A stretch of DNA of 64,000 nt from an uncultured delta proteobacterium (GCA_963735595.1 CAVTLK010000001.1:1-64000); one strand, 5' to 3'; counted from the stretch's first letter, positions 38,956 through 52,933 are shown. Translations and numbers: made by a program. The notes: generated from the letters alone by a model not told the origin.

Positions 38956-41629
38956 ATGGGGTCAGACAGCGTGGAAGACAAGGGCTACAATCCGGCGAAT
39001 ATCGAAGACAAGTGGTACGAATACTGGGAGCGGGAGGGTCTGTTCAGGGCCGATAATTCGTCAAACGCCCAGCCCTATTCAATCGTCATTCCCCCGCCGA
39101 ACGTTACCGGATCACTCCATATGGGACATGCCCTGAACAATACCATGCAGGATATCCTCATCAGGATGAAACGGATGCAGGGTAAAAACACCCTCTGGAT
39201 GCCCGGTACCGATCACGCCGGAATCGCCACCCAGAACGTGGTGGAAAAGGAGCTGGCCAAGGAGGGCAAGACCCGGCACGACCTGGGGCGGGAGGCCTTC
39301 GTCCAGCGGGTTTGGGAATGGCGGACTATGTACGGCGGCCTGATCATTAACCAGCTCAAGAAGCTCGGCGCCTCGTGTGACTGGAGCCGCGAACGTTTTA
39401 CCATGGATGAGGGTCTTTCCCGGGCGGTCAAGCTGGTATTTGTAACCCTCTATAATGACGGGCTTATCTACCGGGGCGATTATATTATCAACTGGTGCCC
39501 GCGCTGCCATACGGCACTGGCCGACCTCGAGGTGGAACATGAGCAGCGGGGTGGGCACCTCTATCACGTCCGATACCCGATCGTCGGTGAGGGCGGGGCA
39601 TATATCGTCGTGGCCACTACCCGACCCGAGACGATGTTCGGCGATACCGCCCTGGCGGTAAACCCCGGCGACAAGCGCTACGCCGGAATGACGAATAAAA
39701 AGGCGCTCCTGCCGATCCTGAAGCGGGAGATACCCATCATATTTGATACGTACGTCACCATGGAGTTCGGTACCGGGGCGCTCAAGATCACGCCCGCCCA
39801 CGATTTGAACGACTTTCAGATCGGTAATACCCACGGTCTCGAACGGGTGGTCGTCATCGACGACGATGGCGTCATGAATGAACAAGCCGGACCCTACGCG
39901 GGGATGGATCGATGGGCCGCGCGCGATAAGGTCGTGGAAGACCTTAACACGGCCGGGTTACTTGAGAAAATAGAAGACTACCCCGTGTCGGTGGGGACCT
40001 GCTATCGGTGTCACACGGTTATCGAGCCGATCCTCAAGAAGCAATGGTTCGTGAAAGCCGATGTCCTGGCGAAAGAGGCAATCGAGGCCGTCAAGGACGG
40101 CAGGACGAGGATCGTGCCCAAGCAGTGGGAAAAGACCTACTTCGAATGGATGTATAATATCCGGGATTGGTGCGTCTCCCGCCAGATATGGTGGGGGCAT
40201 CGGATTCCCGCCTGGTACTGTGACGACTGCGGGGCGGTTATCGTCTCGATGGATGCGCCGGCATCCTGCGGCGCCTGCAAGGGCACGGGTCTTACCCAGG
40301 AAACCGACGTGCTGGATACCTGGTTCTCGAGCGCCCTGTGGCCGTTTTCCACCCTCGGCTGGCCCGACGAGACCAAGGACCTCGCCGTCTACTACCCCAC
40401 GTCGGTGCTGGTAACCGGGTTCGATATCCTTTTTTTCTGGGTCGCCCGGATGATGATGATGGGGCTCTACTTCAGAAAGGAAGTCCCGTTTCGGGACGTC
40501 TATATCCACGCGCTGGTGAGGGACGAGCAAGGGTCCAAGATGAGTAAGTCCAAGGGAAACGTCATCGATCCCCTGACAATCATCGACAAATACGGGGCGG
40601 ATGCCTTCCGGTTCACGCTGGCGGCCTTTGCCGCCATGGGGCGGGACGTCAAACTCTCCGAGGGCCGGATCGAGGGATATCGGTTTTTCATCAATAAGCT
40701 CTGGAACGCTTCGCGGTTCGTCATGATGAACCTTGACGAGGGGTATACACCCGACTATGATTTTTCGGGCAGGGACCTAACGCTGGCCGACCGCTGGATT
40801 CTGAGCCGGCTGGAAACGGTGACGGGACGGGTGACCCAGGCGTTGGAAGAGTACGAGTTTAACAACGCGGCGGGCGCGCTCTACCAGTTCGCGTGGCACG
40901 AGTTCTGTGATTGGTACCTTGAGATAAGCAAGATATATCTTTCCTCGGACGACGCGGACGCCGCCAGACGGGTTAGAGATATCCTCGTCTACTGTCTGGA
41001 TACGACGATGCGGCTGCTCCATCCGATCATCCCGTTTGTCACCGAGGAGCTCCACGCGAAGATTCCGGGAGCAGCGGGTAGTCTCGTGACAGGGCCGTTT
41101 CCGGTTAAGAACGATTCGCTGGTTTTTCCGGAGGCCGAGCGGGACTTCGAAAGCATTCAAATCCTCGTTACGGGGATCAGGAACATTCGGGGTGAGATGA
41201 ACATTCACCCGAAAAAGAGGCTGACGGCGATCATATCGGCCAAAGACAAGGATCAGGCCGTCGTCCGGGAAAACGTCGAAGTATATAAAGACGCTGGCGG
41301 GTGTAGAGGAAGTCCAACTCGGCGAATCGATCTCACGGCCCGAGGCGTCGGCCACGGCCGTTTGCGGCCCCTTTACCGTCTATATTCCGCTTGCCGGTGT
41401 CATAGAATTCGATGAGGAGAGGAAACGGCTTTCCTCGGAGATAGAAAAGGTCAGTGAGGAGATCGACAAGGTCAATCGGAAACTCGGAAACGACGAATTC
41501 GTAAAAAAGGCGCCCGAAGAGGTCGTCTTAAAGGAGAAGGAGCGGATGGCGGTGCTCGTCTCCAAGAAAGAGCGGGTGGCCGAAAGTATCGACCGACTTG
41601 AGGACTATTTCAAAAAAGGCGGAAATTAA
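38956..41629 (+). CDS. valS: Valine--tRNA ligase; apparent frameshift at ~41280
   Basis: PPPNVTGSLHMGH, DWCVSRQ, KMSKS; C-terminal coiled coil (KLGNDEFVKKAPEEVV) continues in another frame to TAA 41627-41629. Confidence 0.96.
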
Positions 41630-41728
41630 GGATATAGAGCACGTATTTCTCCCGACGAAGCGGCCCCAAGGGGAGGGTACTCTGTGCGGCGGGAACGAAT
41701 TACGGGTCCACCGGGGGGAATTGAACGG

Positions 41729-42571
41729 ATGCAGCTGACCCCGCACGTCATCGCACTGATCGACCTGGCGCTGACAGAAGACCTCGGCGGCGGCGACATC
41801 ACGACTGACGCGACGATTCTCGACGGACTCTCGGTCCATTGCCGTGGTACGGGCCAAGGAAGACCTGATCCTGGCGGGACTGCCGGTATTTACGGCCGTC
41901 TTCAATCGCCTGGGGGCTCGCGTGACCTTTCGGACGAGAAGCGGGACGGAGACGCCGTTGCCAAAGGCGAGCCTTATCACGAGGGTCACCGGCCCCACCA
42001 AGACGCTCCTTTCGGGCGAGCGAACGGCCCTCAACTTCCTCATGCGTCTTTCTGGTATCGCTACGCTGACGAGCCAATGCGTCCAGCGGATCGCGGGGAC
42101 AAAGACCGTGATCGTCGATACCCGCAAGACGACACCCGGCTGGCGCGCCCTCGAGAAATACGCGGTGCGCATGGGTGGGGGCAGAAACCACCGCTTCTCA
42201 CTCTCCGACGGCGTACTGATCAAGGACAACCACATTACGGCGGCCGGCGGCATTACTAACGCCGTTACCCGGGCCAGGCGGCGGGCTCCCCACACGGCGC
42301 AGGATCGAGGTGGAGGTCAAGAACACCGCCGAGATCGATGAGGCCCTGGCGGCCGGGTGTTGATATACTCCTGTTGGATAACATGACACCCGAGCAGGCG
42401 GCATCGTCGGTATCCCTGGTTGCCGGCCGCGCGCCGGTCGAAGTCTCGGGGAATATGAGGCCCGATACGATCGGCGACTACGCCCGGATCGGTGTCGATT
42501 TTATCTCCATGGGATTTCTCACCCATTCGGCCCGATCGGTCGACATCAATATGAAAATAGAGACACCATGA
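41729..42571 (+). CDS. nadC: Nicotinate-nucleotide diphosphorylase (several apparent frameshifts)
   Basis: ALTEDLGGGDITT, GERTALNFL, DTRKTTPG, NHRFSLSD, IKDNH, LLDNM across frames. Confidence 0.9.
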
Positions 42572-43357
42572 GCGAGGACCTTTCCTACTTCATCAAGGGC
42601 ATGCTCAAGACCAGGGTGATGGGTCGGGAGATCATCACGATCGACGAGACCGATTCTACGAACCGGGACGCGATGAAGCTGGCCAGAAGGGAGGGACATG
42701 AAGGGTGGGTCGTCGTCGCCCGGCACCAGCGCCGGGGCAAGGGGCGGCGGGGCAAGGAATGGTCTTCTCCCGGCGGCCAGAACCTCTATATGTCCGTTCT
42801 GCTGAGGCCCAGAATTTCACTGAGAAAGACCTCGTTTCTGACGCTGTTGGCGACCGTGGCGGTCGCCGAAACGCTGTCGGACTATATACCCAAGGGGGTC
42901 TTTATCAAGTGGCCCAACGACGTTATGGTCACGGGCAAGAAGATATCGGGTATTCTCCTGGAAATGGGAAAGGACGTCAACGGAGAGGACTTCCTCGTTC
43001 TTGGAGTCGGTATCAACGTAAACTGTACGAGATACGAGATCCCCGCCGGAGCTTTCCGAGATCGCAACGTCACTGTACCTTGAACTCGGCTACTCCGTTT
43101 CGGTGAAGGATGTCCTCTTTAAGCTTCTCAATCGACTGGACTACGGGTACAGCCTGTACACGTCGTCGGATTTCGATACGATCATCGAACGCTTTCGTGC
43201 TTTCGAGCAGACAACCGGAAGGCGTGTCTTGGTCGATGTTGCGGGCGTGCGTATGTCCGGTCACGCCGTCGGTATCGATGAGGACGGGTTTCTTCTCGTT
43301 CAGGACGACAACGGCAAGATATCGAAGGTTATTTCGGGCGATCTACAGTTTGAGTGA
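42568..43357 (+). CDS. birA: Biotin--protein ligase without N-terminal HTH (frameshift ~43050)
   Basis: DSTN, QRRGKGRRG, KWPND, KISGIL, GIGIN-like, GID..GFL. Confidence 0.9.
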
Positions 43358-43365
43358 GGCTACAT

Positions 43366-44133
43366 ATGTTGTTGGTAGTTGACGTTGGTAATACCAACAC
43401 CGTCATCGGGGTTTTTGACGGCGATGATCTCGTGAGTAACTGGCGAGTTGTTACGATGACGGAACGTACCTCCGACGAGTATGGAGTACTTATTCAGAGC
43501 CTCTACCATTCGTCGAAGATCAGTTCGCGGGACATCAAGGATATTATTGTATCATGCGTGGTGCCGCCCATGGTAGGGAATCATCGACGAGCTGTGCGAG
43601 AAGTATTTCGAAATTAAGCCGCTCTATGTGGAGCCGGGAATCAAGACGGGAATGCCGATCTTCTACGACAATCCCAAGGAAGTAGGCGCCGACCGGATCG
43701 TCAATGCCGTCGCAGCCTACAATCGGAAGAAAACCGCACATATCATTGTCGACTTCGGGACAGCCACAACGTTCGATTACGTAAATGAAAACGGTGAGTA
43801 CTTGGGAGGCGTTATCGCCCCCGGGCTTATGACCTCCAGCGAGGCGCTGTTTGCCAAGGCAAGCCGCCTGTTCAAGGTGGAACTTGTCGGCCGAAAAACA
43901 TCATCGGGAAAAACACGATACACAGCCTGCAGTCCGGTATCGTTCTCGGATACGTTGACATGGTCGATGGGTTGGTCTCCCGGATCGTGGAAGAGGCGGG
44001 TGGCAACCCCTGGGTAATCGCCACCGGGGGTCTGGCCGAGCTGATCGCAGGGGAATCAAAGACAATCAAGGAGGTTGATAAGTTCCTGACGCTGGAGGGG
44101 CTCAAGGTCATTTATCACCTGAACCGCACCTAA
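43366..44133 (+). CDS. coaX: Type III pantothenate kinase (apparent frameshifts)
   Basis: [38 protein letters not shown]. Confidence 0.92.
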
Positions 44134-44184
44134 AAGGGCAAGCCGTGCCCGCAAATGATTATGTACAGGGATGACAAACTTTCC

Positions 44185-44212
44185 TTGACATTTTTCCCAA
44201 AAAACATATTAT
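44185..44212 (+). promoter_or_regulatory. Putative sigma70 promoter of the EF-G paralog
   Basis: TTGACA, 16 bp spacer, TATTAT. Confidence 0.5.
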
Positions 44213-44255
44213 GATACCTTAATTCTACGGGTAATTCTTAAAGGAACACAGGTAT

Positions 44256-46338
<2,083 letters not shown>

Positions 46339-46627
46339 GCCAGGGGCGACGGAAATCGGGGGATCGGCTGACGGGGGTCCGGTAGATCGGCGCGAAGTCC
46401 CGGCGTTTCCCCCGTCGTTACCGTGACGACCCTGATGACGAAACGTACTGCTCGAAGCAGTCCCTTTATTGCCGTGTTCGTTATTCTCCGTTCCCAAAGG
46501 ACGGTCCGACGGGACTTACGTGCGGACATGAGGACATACATCAAGCGAGCCCCCGAGTCGTTCGTCTGACGTCATCCTCCTTACTATACGGGCAAGAAAC
46601 CTGTTATGCCTAAGAAGACAAAGAGGC

Positions 46628-47416
46628 ATGAATCGTCTCTCGGCGGCAGTAGTCTCCGGTTTCCTGTTGATGGTGGTGGCTTGTTGGGTGGGATGCGATC
46701 CGATCCTCTCCAGAATCAAAGACGATCCCGCCGACCCCGCACAAACTCGGAGATATCACGCTCAGGGGGAGCGGAACATTACTTGTCTTTACCCCAACGG
46801 CCGTGGTTTCTCCGGGGTCCGACCTCGTCCACACTCCATCGCCGATAAGACCGGGCCCGACAAAACAGGAGCGGTTCCGCTCAACTCCGGTACCGAAAAA
46901 GGAGCCGAAGAAACGCGCAAAGAAGCCGACGAACCCCGTGGGCCGCCGCAGCGCGGCGAATTCACCATACAGATCGGCGCCTATATCATCGACGAGAATC
47001 TGATCGCTTGCAAAGAAAGAACTCATCTCTCTGGGCTTCTCTCCCTATAGAAAAGATACAAACGGAAAATGAAGATGTTCTGTGTTATTATAGGGGAACC
47101 GATGACCGAAGAAGAGGCGCGGGAGATCGTATCGGCACTCTCCAGGCAAAGGGATTCGCACCGCGGTTGTTACCGAACGACGAGCAACATGGTTGACGTC
47201 GCGGGAGGTATATACTATTATAAGGATGACGCCTCGGCGGCGGAGGGAAAGCTTAAGGCTTTCGGATATGCGACCCATGTTGAGGAAAGGACGGTGGAGG
47301 TCATTCTCACGTGCCTGCGGATCGGTGGTTACGCGACCGTCGATGAGGCCGGAAAAGACCTGGACGCCCTAGAACGAAAAGGATTTTCCCCGGTTATCCT
47401 CAAGAGCGATCAGTGA
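46628..47416 (+). CDS. Lipoprotein with SPOR peptidoglycan-binding repeats (apparent frameshifts)
   Basis: Lipobox WVGC; FTIQIGAY..., VDVAGGIY..DASAAEGKLKAFG, LRIGGYATVDEA..L.RKGF. Confidence 0.65.
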
Positions 47417-48443
47417 AGATAAAGATATCTCAGAGCGCCGTTAAGTTCGTCAGTTCCGGCTCCCCCCGTGAAGTTCGGTCAATGGCCGCCAGGGGTTGAT
47501 CCCCTGGCGCCCCGGGATGTCATCAAGATTCTCTACATCCTTTGCCATGATCAGGACGAGAGTTATTCGAGGGCTGGCCGACGAGACGATCCGGGACTAT
47601 TCGCCCAAGATTGTCGATTCTATTCTCTCGGGTGATATTGAGCCGCCGATTATCGATTATATTATTCGTCAACCACACGGAGGGGCATCTGTTCGTGGGA
47701 ACGAGTCCTGACCAATAAGAATACGTCGGACGAGACGCTTGTATATCTGGCATCGAGCTCAAACAGGGCGGTTCTGGACGCCCTCTCGCTCAATCATGAG
47801 AGGCTGCTGAAATCGCGGGAAATCCTGGACGCGCTTATAAAGAACCCGATAGTGAAGGGGGCGCTCAGACAGTCGATGCTGGAGCTGGCCGATCCGACAG
47901 TCCGGGAACGAACGACGGACCGACCCGGCGAGACGCACAGACTCGCGCACGGGGAGAAGTGGACGCGGCGCCCAACGCCGTAATGAATCGGCGCTTCTGA
48001 AGAGGAAGGCCGGGACGACATAGACGAGCACAACATTGCGGCGCGAATATACAAGATGTCGGTCTCCGAGAAGATAAAGTACGCAACACGGGGAAACAAA
48101 GAGGTTCGGGCCATCCTTATCAAGGATTCGAGCAAGCTGGTTGTGGCCGCGGTTATCAAGAGCCCAAAGATTACCGAGGATGAGATACTCAAGAGTCGCC
48201 CAGAATAAGCAGTCCAATGACGAGGCGATACGGATGATTTCCCTCAACAAGGAATGGCTCAAAAACTACTCGATACGGCTGGCGCTCATTCATAATCCCA
48301 AGACACCGCCGGGAATCGCGATCCGCCTCATGCCCTATCTGTCCAAAAAAGACCTCAAGGATCTGGCGGGCAGCAGGAACGTTTCTTCGCTCATCAGCTC
48401 CAACGCAAGAAAGACGCTGGCCGCCAAGAGTAAATCAAGCTGA
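47413..48443 (+). CDS. Conserved helical-repeat (HEAT/LRV-like) protein (apparent frameshifts)
   Basis: Stitched across frames: SPREVRSMAARG..., KMSVSEKIKYATRGNKEVRAILIKD..KLVVAAVIKSPKITE, EWLKNYSIRLALIHNPKTP; GTGA overlap with the SPOR gene. Confidence 0.65.
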
Positions 48444-48458
48444 CGGGAAAATAACGAT

Positions 48459-49568
48459 ATGGCCCTCATTAATTACGCAAATAAAGAAATAAACGCAAAG
48501 ATCGTCTATTACGGGCCGGGCCTTTCGGGCAAGACCACCAATATCCAGTATGTTTTCCAGCGTCTCAAACCCGAGCACCGGGGTAAATTGATTACGTTGC
48601 CCACCCAGACGGACCGGACGCTTTTTTTCGATTTTCTGCCGGTGGAAATCCCCGATGTAAAGGGATTCACCACCCGGTTTCATCTCTATACGGTTCCGGG
48701 GCAGGTCTTCTACAACGCGACCCGCAAGATGGTTCTCAAGGGGGTGGACGGTATCGTATTCGTGGCCGATTCACAGAAGGAAAAACTAAGCGATAACATT
48801 GACAGCCTGAAAAACCTGGAGGAAAACCTCAACGAATACGGAAAGAGCATCAAGACGATTCCGTTTGTCTTCCAATTCAACAAACGGGATCTTACCGATA
48901 TCAGCTCGCCCGCGGAGCTCAACAAGCGCCTCAACGAGCTGGGGTATCCGTCCATTGAGGCGATCGCGACGACCGGCAAGGGAGTGATGGAACGCTTTCG
49001 GCTATTTCCCGAATGGTGCTGCGCCACCTCAAAGATTCCTACGAATCGCAGAAGATACTCCGGTACGGTGAGTCGCAGGATGCCGGCGGCGACCAGGAAG
49101 AGATCATCAACGATCGAGCCGGGCCGGTCGAGCGAAACGCCGGCGCCGCAAAGGGCGTCAGTCCGTCGATTTCTCCGACGAAGAGATCGTCGAGCCGGAG
49201 GAGCTGATCGCCGAGGCGGAACACGCCTCAGGGAAGGTGCGGGATCACCTGGGAGTAATGGGCGAGTACGGGAAGACGGAGGCGGCCGTCGACACGAGGC
49301 CGGAAGAGATACCCATCGAAGTTACGTCTCAGGATATAGAGCCTATAGAAACCATAGTAGCCATGGAGACACCCCGGGAACGATCCCCGGAAGCGGACCG
49401 AAGAGCCGGCCGCCATTGATCTCGTGCTGGGGGGAGAGGTAGAGCGGACCGGTCCCGACGTCGTTTCAAATTCCTCTCACATTCAGGGTTCATGACGTCC
49501 AAAAGGATATCGTGCTCAATATCAGCGTCCAGATTACCGACAGCAATACAGATCGGGACATCTTCTGA
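48459..49568 (+). CDS. MglA-family Ras-like GTPase with long acidic C-terminal extension (apparent frameshifts after ~48990)
   Basis: MALINY..KEINAKIVYYGPGLSGKTTN, TDRTLFFDF, LYTVPGQVFY, FVADSQ, NKRD; stitched tail ends FQIPLTFRV..DIVLNISVQI..DIF*. Confidence 0.88.
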
Positions 49569-49668
49569 TGAGACGCCGGCAACCGGCCGCCGCCGTGAGG
49601 CCCCAATCCCCGGTCCGCTTCAATAGCCACGGCCAAGGAAAAACTATCGGGAGGTCCGGGAGGAAGTC

Positions 49669-50053
49669 TTACCATCTGTCGTCGTTCCGGTCTTCGTATC
49701 CGTATCGTGACCGGCGTCGCTCGCCTCCTTCCTCCCTGATTCGGTCGATCTCTTCTTCGATAGCCTCGACCTCGGCCTTATACCCCTTGATATCGGAGAT
49801 GGTCTTCAGGATCTCGGGGTCATTGGCGATTGTTTGCCTGTTTTCCCTCCTCGGATAACTCGTAGACGCGGCTGCCGAGCGTCGAGAAGCCCTGGTGGAC
49901 CTTTCGCTGTATTGCGGAAAGGTCCATTTTCTTCTTGATAATCTTTCCCTGTTTTTCGAGCTCCAGGGTCAGCTTGACCATCTCTTCCTTCAGTACTTCA
50001 AATCCCTCGCGGGCGCCGTCTTTTATCTCTTCCCACAGGTTACGCTCATTCAT
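49669..50053 (-). CDS. Coiled-coil hypothetical protein (frameshift ~49835)
   Basis: MNERNLWEEIKDGAREG...LGSRVYEL, continuing NDPEILKTISDIKGYKAEVEAIEEEI..DRW*; AGGAGG RBS. Confidence 0.65.
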
Positions 50054-50111
50054 GGGGATCCTCCTTCGTATGTAATGCGAAAACGGAAACAAGCCCTCCC
50101 GTCGTCATGAC

Positions 50112-50570
50112 CTATATACGTTTCTCATTAAACAGACGCGAGATACGCTCTGCAATGTGTTGGACATGTGTTCCAGGCCAATAGACCCGTCTGCACGAGG
50201 GGCATCGGGTAAACCGGTCATGTGCGAGAAAAACGTAATCGGGCACCTCCTGTTTGACCAGGTGTTTGTCGGCCGTGACAAGCGGCATGTTGCATTGAGT
50301 GCAGCGGGATAGTGGATGACACCGCCCTTTGAGGGAAACGAGCATATCCATCACCGTCAGTTGATCAAAGACCGCGTCCCGGCCGATAAATATGACGTGA
50401 CGCCGGGTCGTATCGACGTGTCGGCTGAGGTATATACGGTCTCCGGCCGATCGATGCAAAGCCGGCGCTTCTTCGTGCTCGAGGTATACGCAGTCAAAAC
50501 CGAGGGTTCTCAACCACCGGCACAGCCTCCCGAGAGGTGGGGCGGCCTGAAATCTCAATTCAGTGGACAT
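50112..50570 (-). CDS. Mut7-C RNase-domain protein with Zn ribbon
   Basis: LGRLCRWLRTLGFD, SRCTQCN, CPSCRRVYWPGTH. Confidence 0.85.
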   Translation of the reverse strand: MSTELRFQAAPPLGRLCRWLRTLGFDCVYLEHEEAPALHRSAGDRIYLSRHVDTTRRHVIFIGRDAVFDQLTVMDMLVSLKGRCHPLSRCTQCNMPLVTADKHLVKQEVPDYVFLAHDRFTRCPSCRRVYWPGTHVQHIAERISRLFNEKRI

Positions 50571-50820
50571 GGTCTGTAAATGTGCCGTCTCCGGGCAGCA
50601 CCCCGGCCTCAAGAGCGTCTTTGATGGCCGCGACTGCCCGATCGACATAGGGCATAGGAACCGCGATGCGCTGCTCGGGGAAATGGTTGATAGTCAGGGG
50701 GTACGGCGTCATCCGCTGGTCGCGCACAATAAACGGTATTCCTTCGCGGTCCAGGATATCGGAGATGACATCGGTCTCAAAGGTGTTATACGAAAAATAG
50801 ATCTCCACGTACTCGTCCAT
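50560..50820 (-). CDS. DUF2007 (PII-like) small protein
   Basis: VEIY...E.DVISDILDREGIPFIVRD...RIAVP..YVDRA. Confidence 0.7.
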   Translation of the reverse strand: MDEYVEIYFSYNTFETDVISDILDREGIPFIVRDQRMTPYPLTINHFPEQRIAVPMPYVDRAVAAIKDALEAGVLPGDGTFTDHVH

Positions 50821-50827
50821 GTATACT

Positions 50828-50927
50828 ATTGTATGAAATCAGTACCCGGTTGGCAAGTCAAATCGCCCCCGGCGGCGGCGTATGCAGCCGTACGGGGTTG
50901 ACGGACGGCCGGGATAGGCATTATAAT
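50828..50927. promoter_or_regulatory. Divergent sigma70 promoters
   Basis: Minus: TTGCCA (50856-51)-17-TACAAT (50833-28). Plus: TTGACG (50898)-18-TATAAT (50922-27). Confidence 0.6.
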
Positions 50928-50934
50928 ATAATAT

Positions 50935-51927
50935 ATGGAAAAAGAAACGCTGAGGGTAGCGGTACAGGCCGCCCGGACCGATGTTGCTAAGGCCGGTGTC
51001 CTGATAAATGGTCTTGTATCGAATATCGAGAAGGTTCTTATAGGAAAATCCGAGGTCGTCAGGCTTGCCGTGACGACGCTCCTGGCCGGGGGGCACCTGC
51101 TGATCGAGGATATCCCCGGCGTGGGCAAGACAACGCTGGCAGCCGCGATTGCAAAATCAGTCGGTGGCAGCTTCATGCGCATCCAGTTCACGTCGGATAT
51201 GCTCCCCTCGGATATCATCGGTGTTCCGGTATTGAGAAAATCAGGCGATGAATTTGAATTTATTCCCGGACCGATTTTCCACAATTTTATTCTGGCAGAT
51301 GAGATCAATCGAACGTCACCGCGCACCCAGAGCGCGTTGTTGGAGGCGATGAGCGACGCAAAGGTATCCGTGGAAAACCGCACGTATGAACTTCACCGGC
51401 CGTTTATGATCATCGCCACCCAGAACCCGATTGAATACCACGGTACCTATCCACTGCCGGAATCGCAGCTTGACCGGTTTATGATGACGCTCGAAATCGG
51501 GTATCCGGAAAGCAGCTACGAACGGGTCGTTGTTTCCTCCCAGGATTATAACTCGCGCGTCGATCTGATCGGGGAGGTATTGACTCTTGAAGAGCTTTCG
51601 GGTATCCAGAGAGCGGCGGAGATGGTCGCCGTCGATGATGACCTGTTGTCCTACCTGATGGATCTCGTCGAGGCGACGCGTACCGCAAAGCACTTGAAGC
51701 TCGGTGTCTCGACGCGCGGGGCGATATTTCTCAGGAAGACCGCGCAAGCGTCGGCCCTGATGCAGGGCAGGGACTACGTCGTCCCGGACGATATCAAAGG
51801 GCTGGTGCTCCCGATATTCTCTCATCGGGTCATCGCAAAATCGGCCTCTCATTCGGGGATCGGCAGATCACGGGAGGCAAAGACCATAATTGCCGACATC
51901 ATCGAATCGGTTCCCGTCCCGATATAG
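50935..51927 (+). CDS. MoxR family AAA+ ATPase
   Basis: HLLIEDIPGVGKT, RIQFTSDMLPSD, LADEINR..PRTQSALLEAM, ATQNPIE..GTYPLPESQLDRF. Confidence 0.95.
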   Translation: MEKETLRVAVQAARTDVAKAGVLINGLVSNIEKVLIGKSEVVRLAVTTLLAGGHLLIEDIPGVGKTTLAAAIAKSVGGSFMRIQFTSDMLPSDIIGVPVLRKSGDEFEFIPGPIFHNFILADEINRTSPRTQSALLEAMSDAKVSVENRTYELHRPFMIIATQNPIEYHGTYPLPESQLDRFMMTLEIGYPESSYERVVVSSQDYNSRVDLIGEVLTLEELSGIQRAAEMVAVDDDLLSYLMDLVEATRTAKHLKLGVSTRGAIFLRKTAQASALMQGRDYVVPDDIKGLVLPIFSHRVIAKSASHSGIGRSREAKTIIADIIESVPVPI

Positions 51928-51931
51928 CGTT

Positions 51932-52933
51932 ATGTCTGAAAAACTCTCGCGCATACCGCCGCGTGTCATGCGTTGGCTCAAGCCGCCCCGCACGCTGGCC
52001 ATCAATCCCCTGGGATGGTACTTCATCGCGTTTGTCTTTGCCGTGGGCCTGGCTGCGGTCAATACGGGCAATAACCTCCTGTACCTGATCCTCGGGGGGA
52101 TGCTTTCGTTTATCGTTGCCTCGGGGATACTGTCGAATATCAACCTTAGGAGGCTCGTAGTCAAACGGTACCTGCCCGAGCATCTCTTCGCCCGAACGCC
52201 GACGTTGGTACGGGTTGAGATAGAAAACAATAAGCAGAAAATCCCTTCCTTTATTTTACTCGTCCGGACGCTGCTCCCGGCCGGACCGTCTGCCCTCATA
52301 CCAACGGTCGGGCCGCTGAGTAAGGCGGAGGGATTCATCGAGGCCGTCTTTCCCAAACGGGGGCTCCACGAGCTTGCGCCGCTGAAGGTTTCGACACGAT
52401 TCCCCTTCGGCCTCTTTACAAAGGGCATGGAGGCCGACGCGGGCTCGCATGTGCTGGTATTCCCGAATCTGTTTCCCGTAGAGATTGACGAGATCGCCCC
52501 CCGGGGCAATGATGGGGAAGCGACCCTCGTTCAAACGGGGCAGGGATCGGATCCATTCTCCGTCAAGGATTTTCAGGCGGGAGATAACCCCCGTCATATC
52601 CATTGGAAGAGCACCGCCAAACGGGGAAAATTCATGCGCAGGGAATTTTCACGAGAACAGGAACCTGCGGTAACGATACGGGTCGGTTCCGGCCCGAATG
52701 ACACGGCCGACGTCCTCGAGGAAAGGATTGAACGCGCCGCGTCGCTTTCGGCGCGTTTCATTACGGAAGGCTACGCCGTCGCCGTACAGTGCGGCAGCGC
52801 CGACGTCGGCCTGGGCCGGGGAAGGGATCACCTCCTGGTCATCCTCAGGGAGTTGGCACTCTGCGACGCGTTACGGCCCGGTCACGGGAGACGGGCCGCG
52901 GGTCCCGACGAATCGCGGGTGATCGAGCTATGA
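51932..52933 (+). CDS. DUF58 protein with N-terminal TM helices
   Basis: AAVNTGNNLLY, RFPFGLF, FQAGDNPRHIHWKSTAK. Confidence 0.88.
   Translation: MSEKLSRIPPRVMRWLKPPRTLAINPLGWYFIAFVFAVGLAAVNTGNNLLYLILGGMLSFIVASGILSNINLRRLVVKRYLPEHLFARTPTLVRVEIENNKQKIPSFILLVRTLLPAGPSALIPTVGPLSKAEGFIEAVFPKRGLHELAPLKVSTRFPFGLFTKGMEADAGSHVLVFPNLFPVEIDEIAPRGNDGEATLVQTGQGSDPFSVKDFQAGDNPRHIHWKSTAKRGKFMRREFSREQEPAVTIRVGSGPNDTADVLEERIERAASLSARFITEGYAVAVQCGSADVGLGRGRDHLLVILRELALCDALRPGHGRRAAGPDESRVIEL

Noticed and set aside
46400..46465. CTGATGA-C-GAAAC next to hairpins, resembling a hammerhead ribozyme core
   Set aside because: Stem II is absent and the stem I/III junction spacing is wrong
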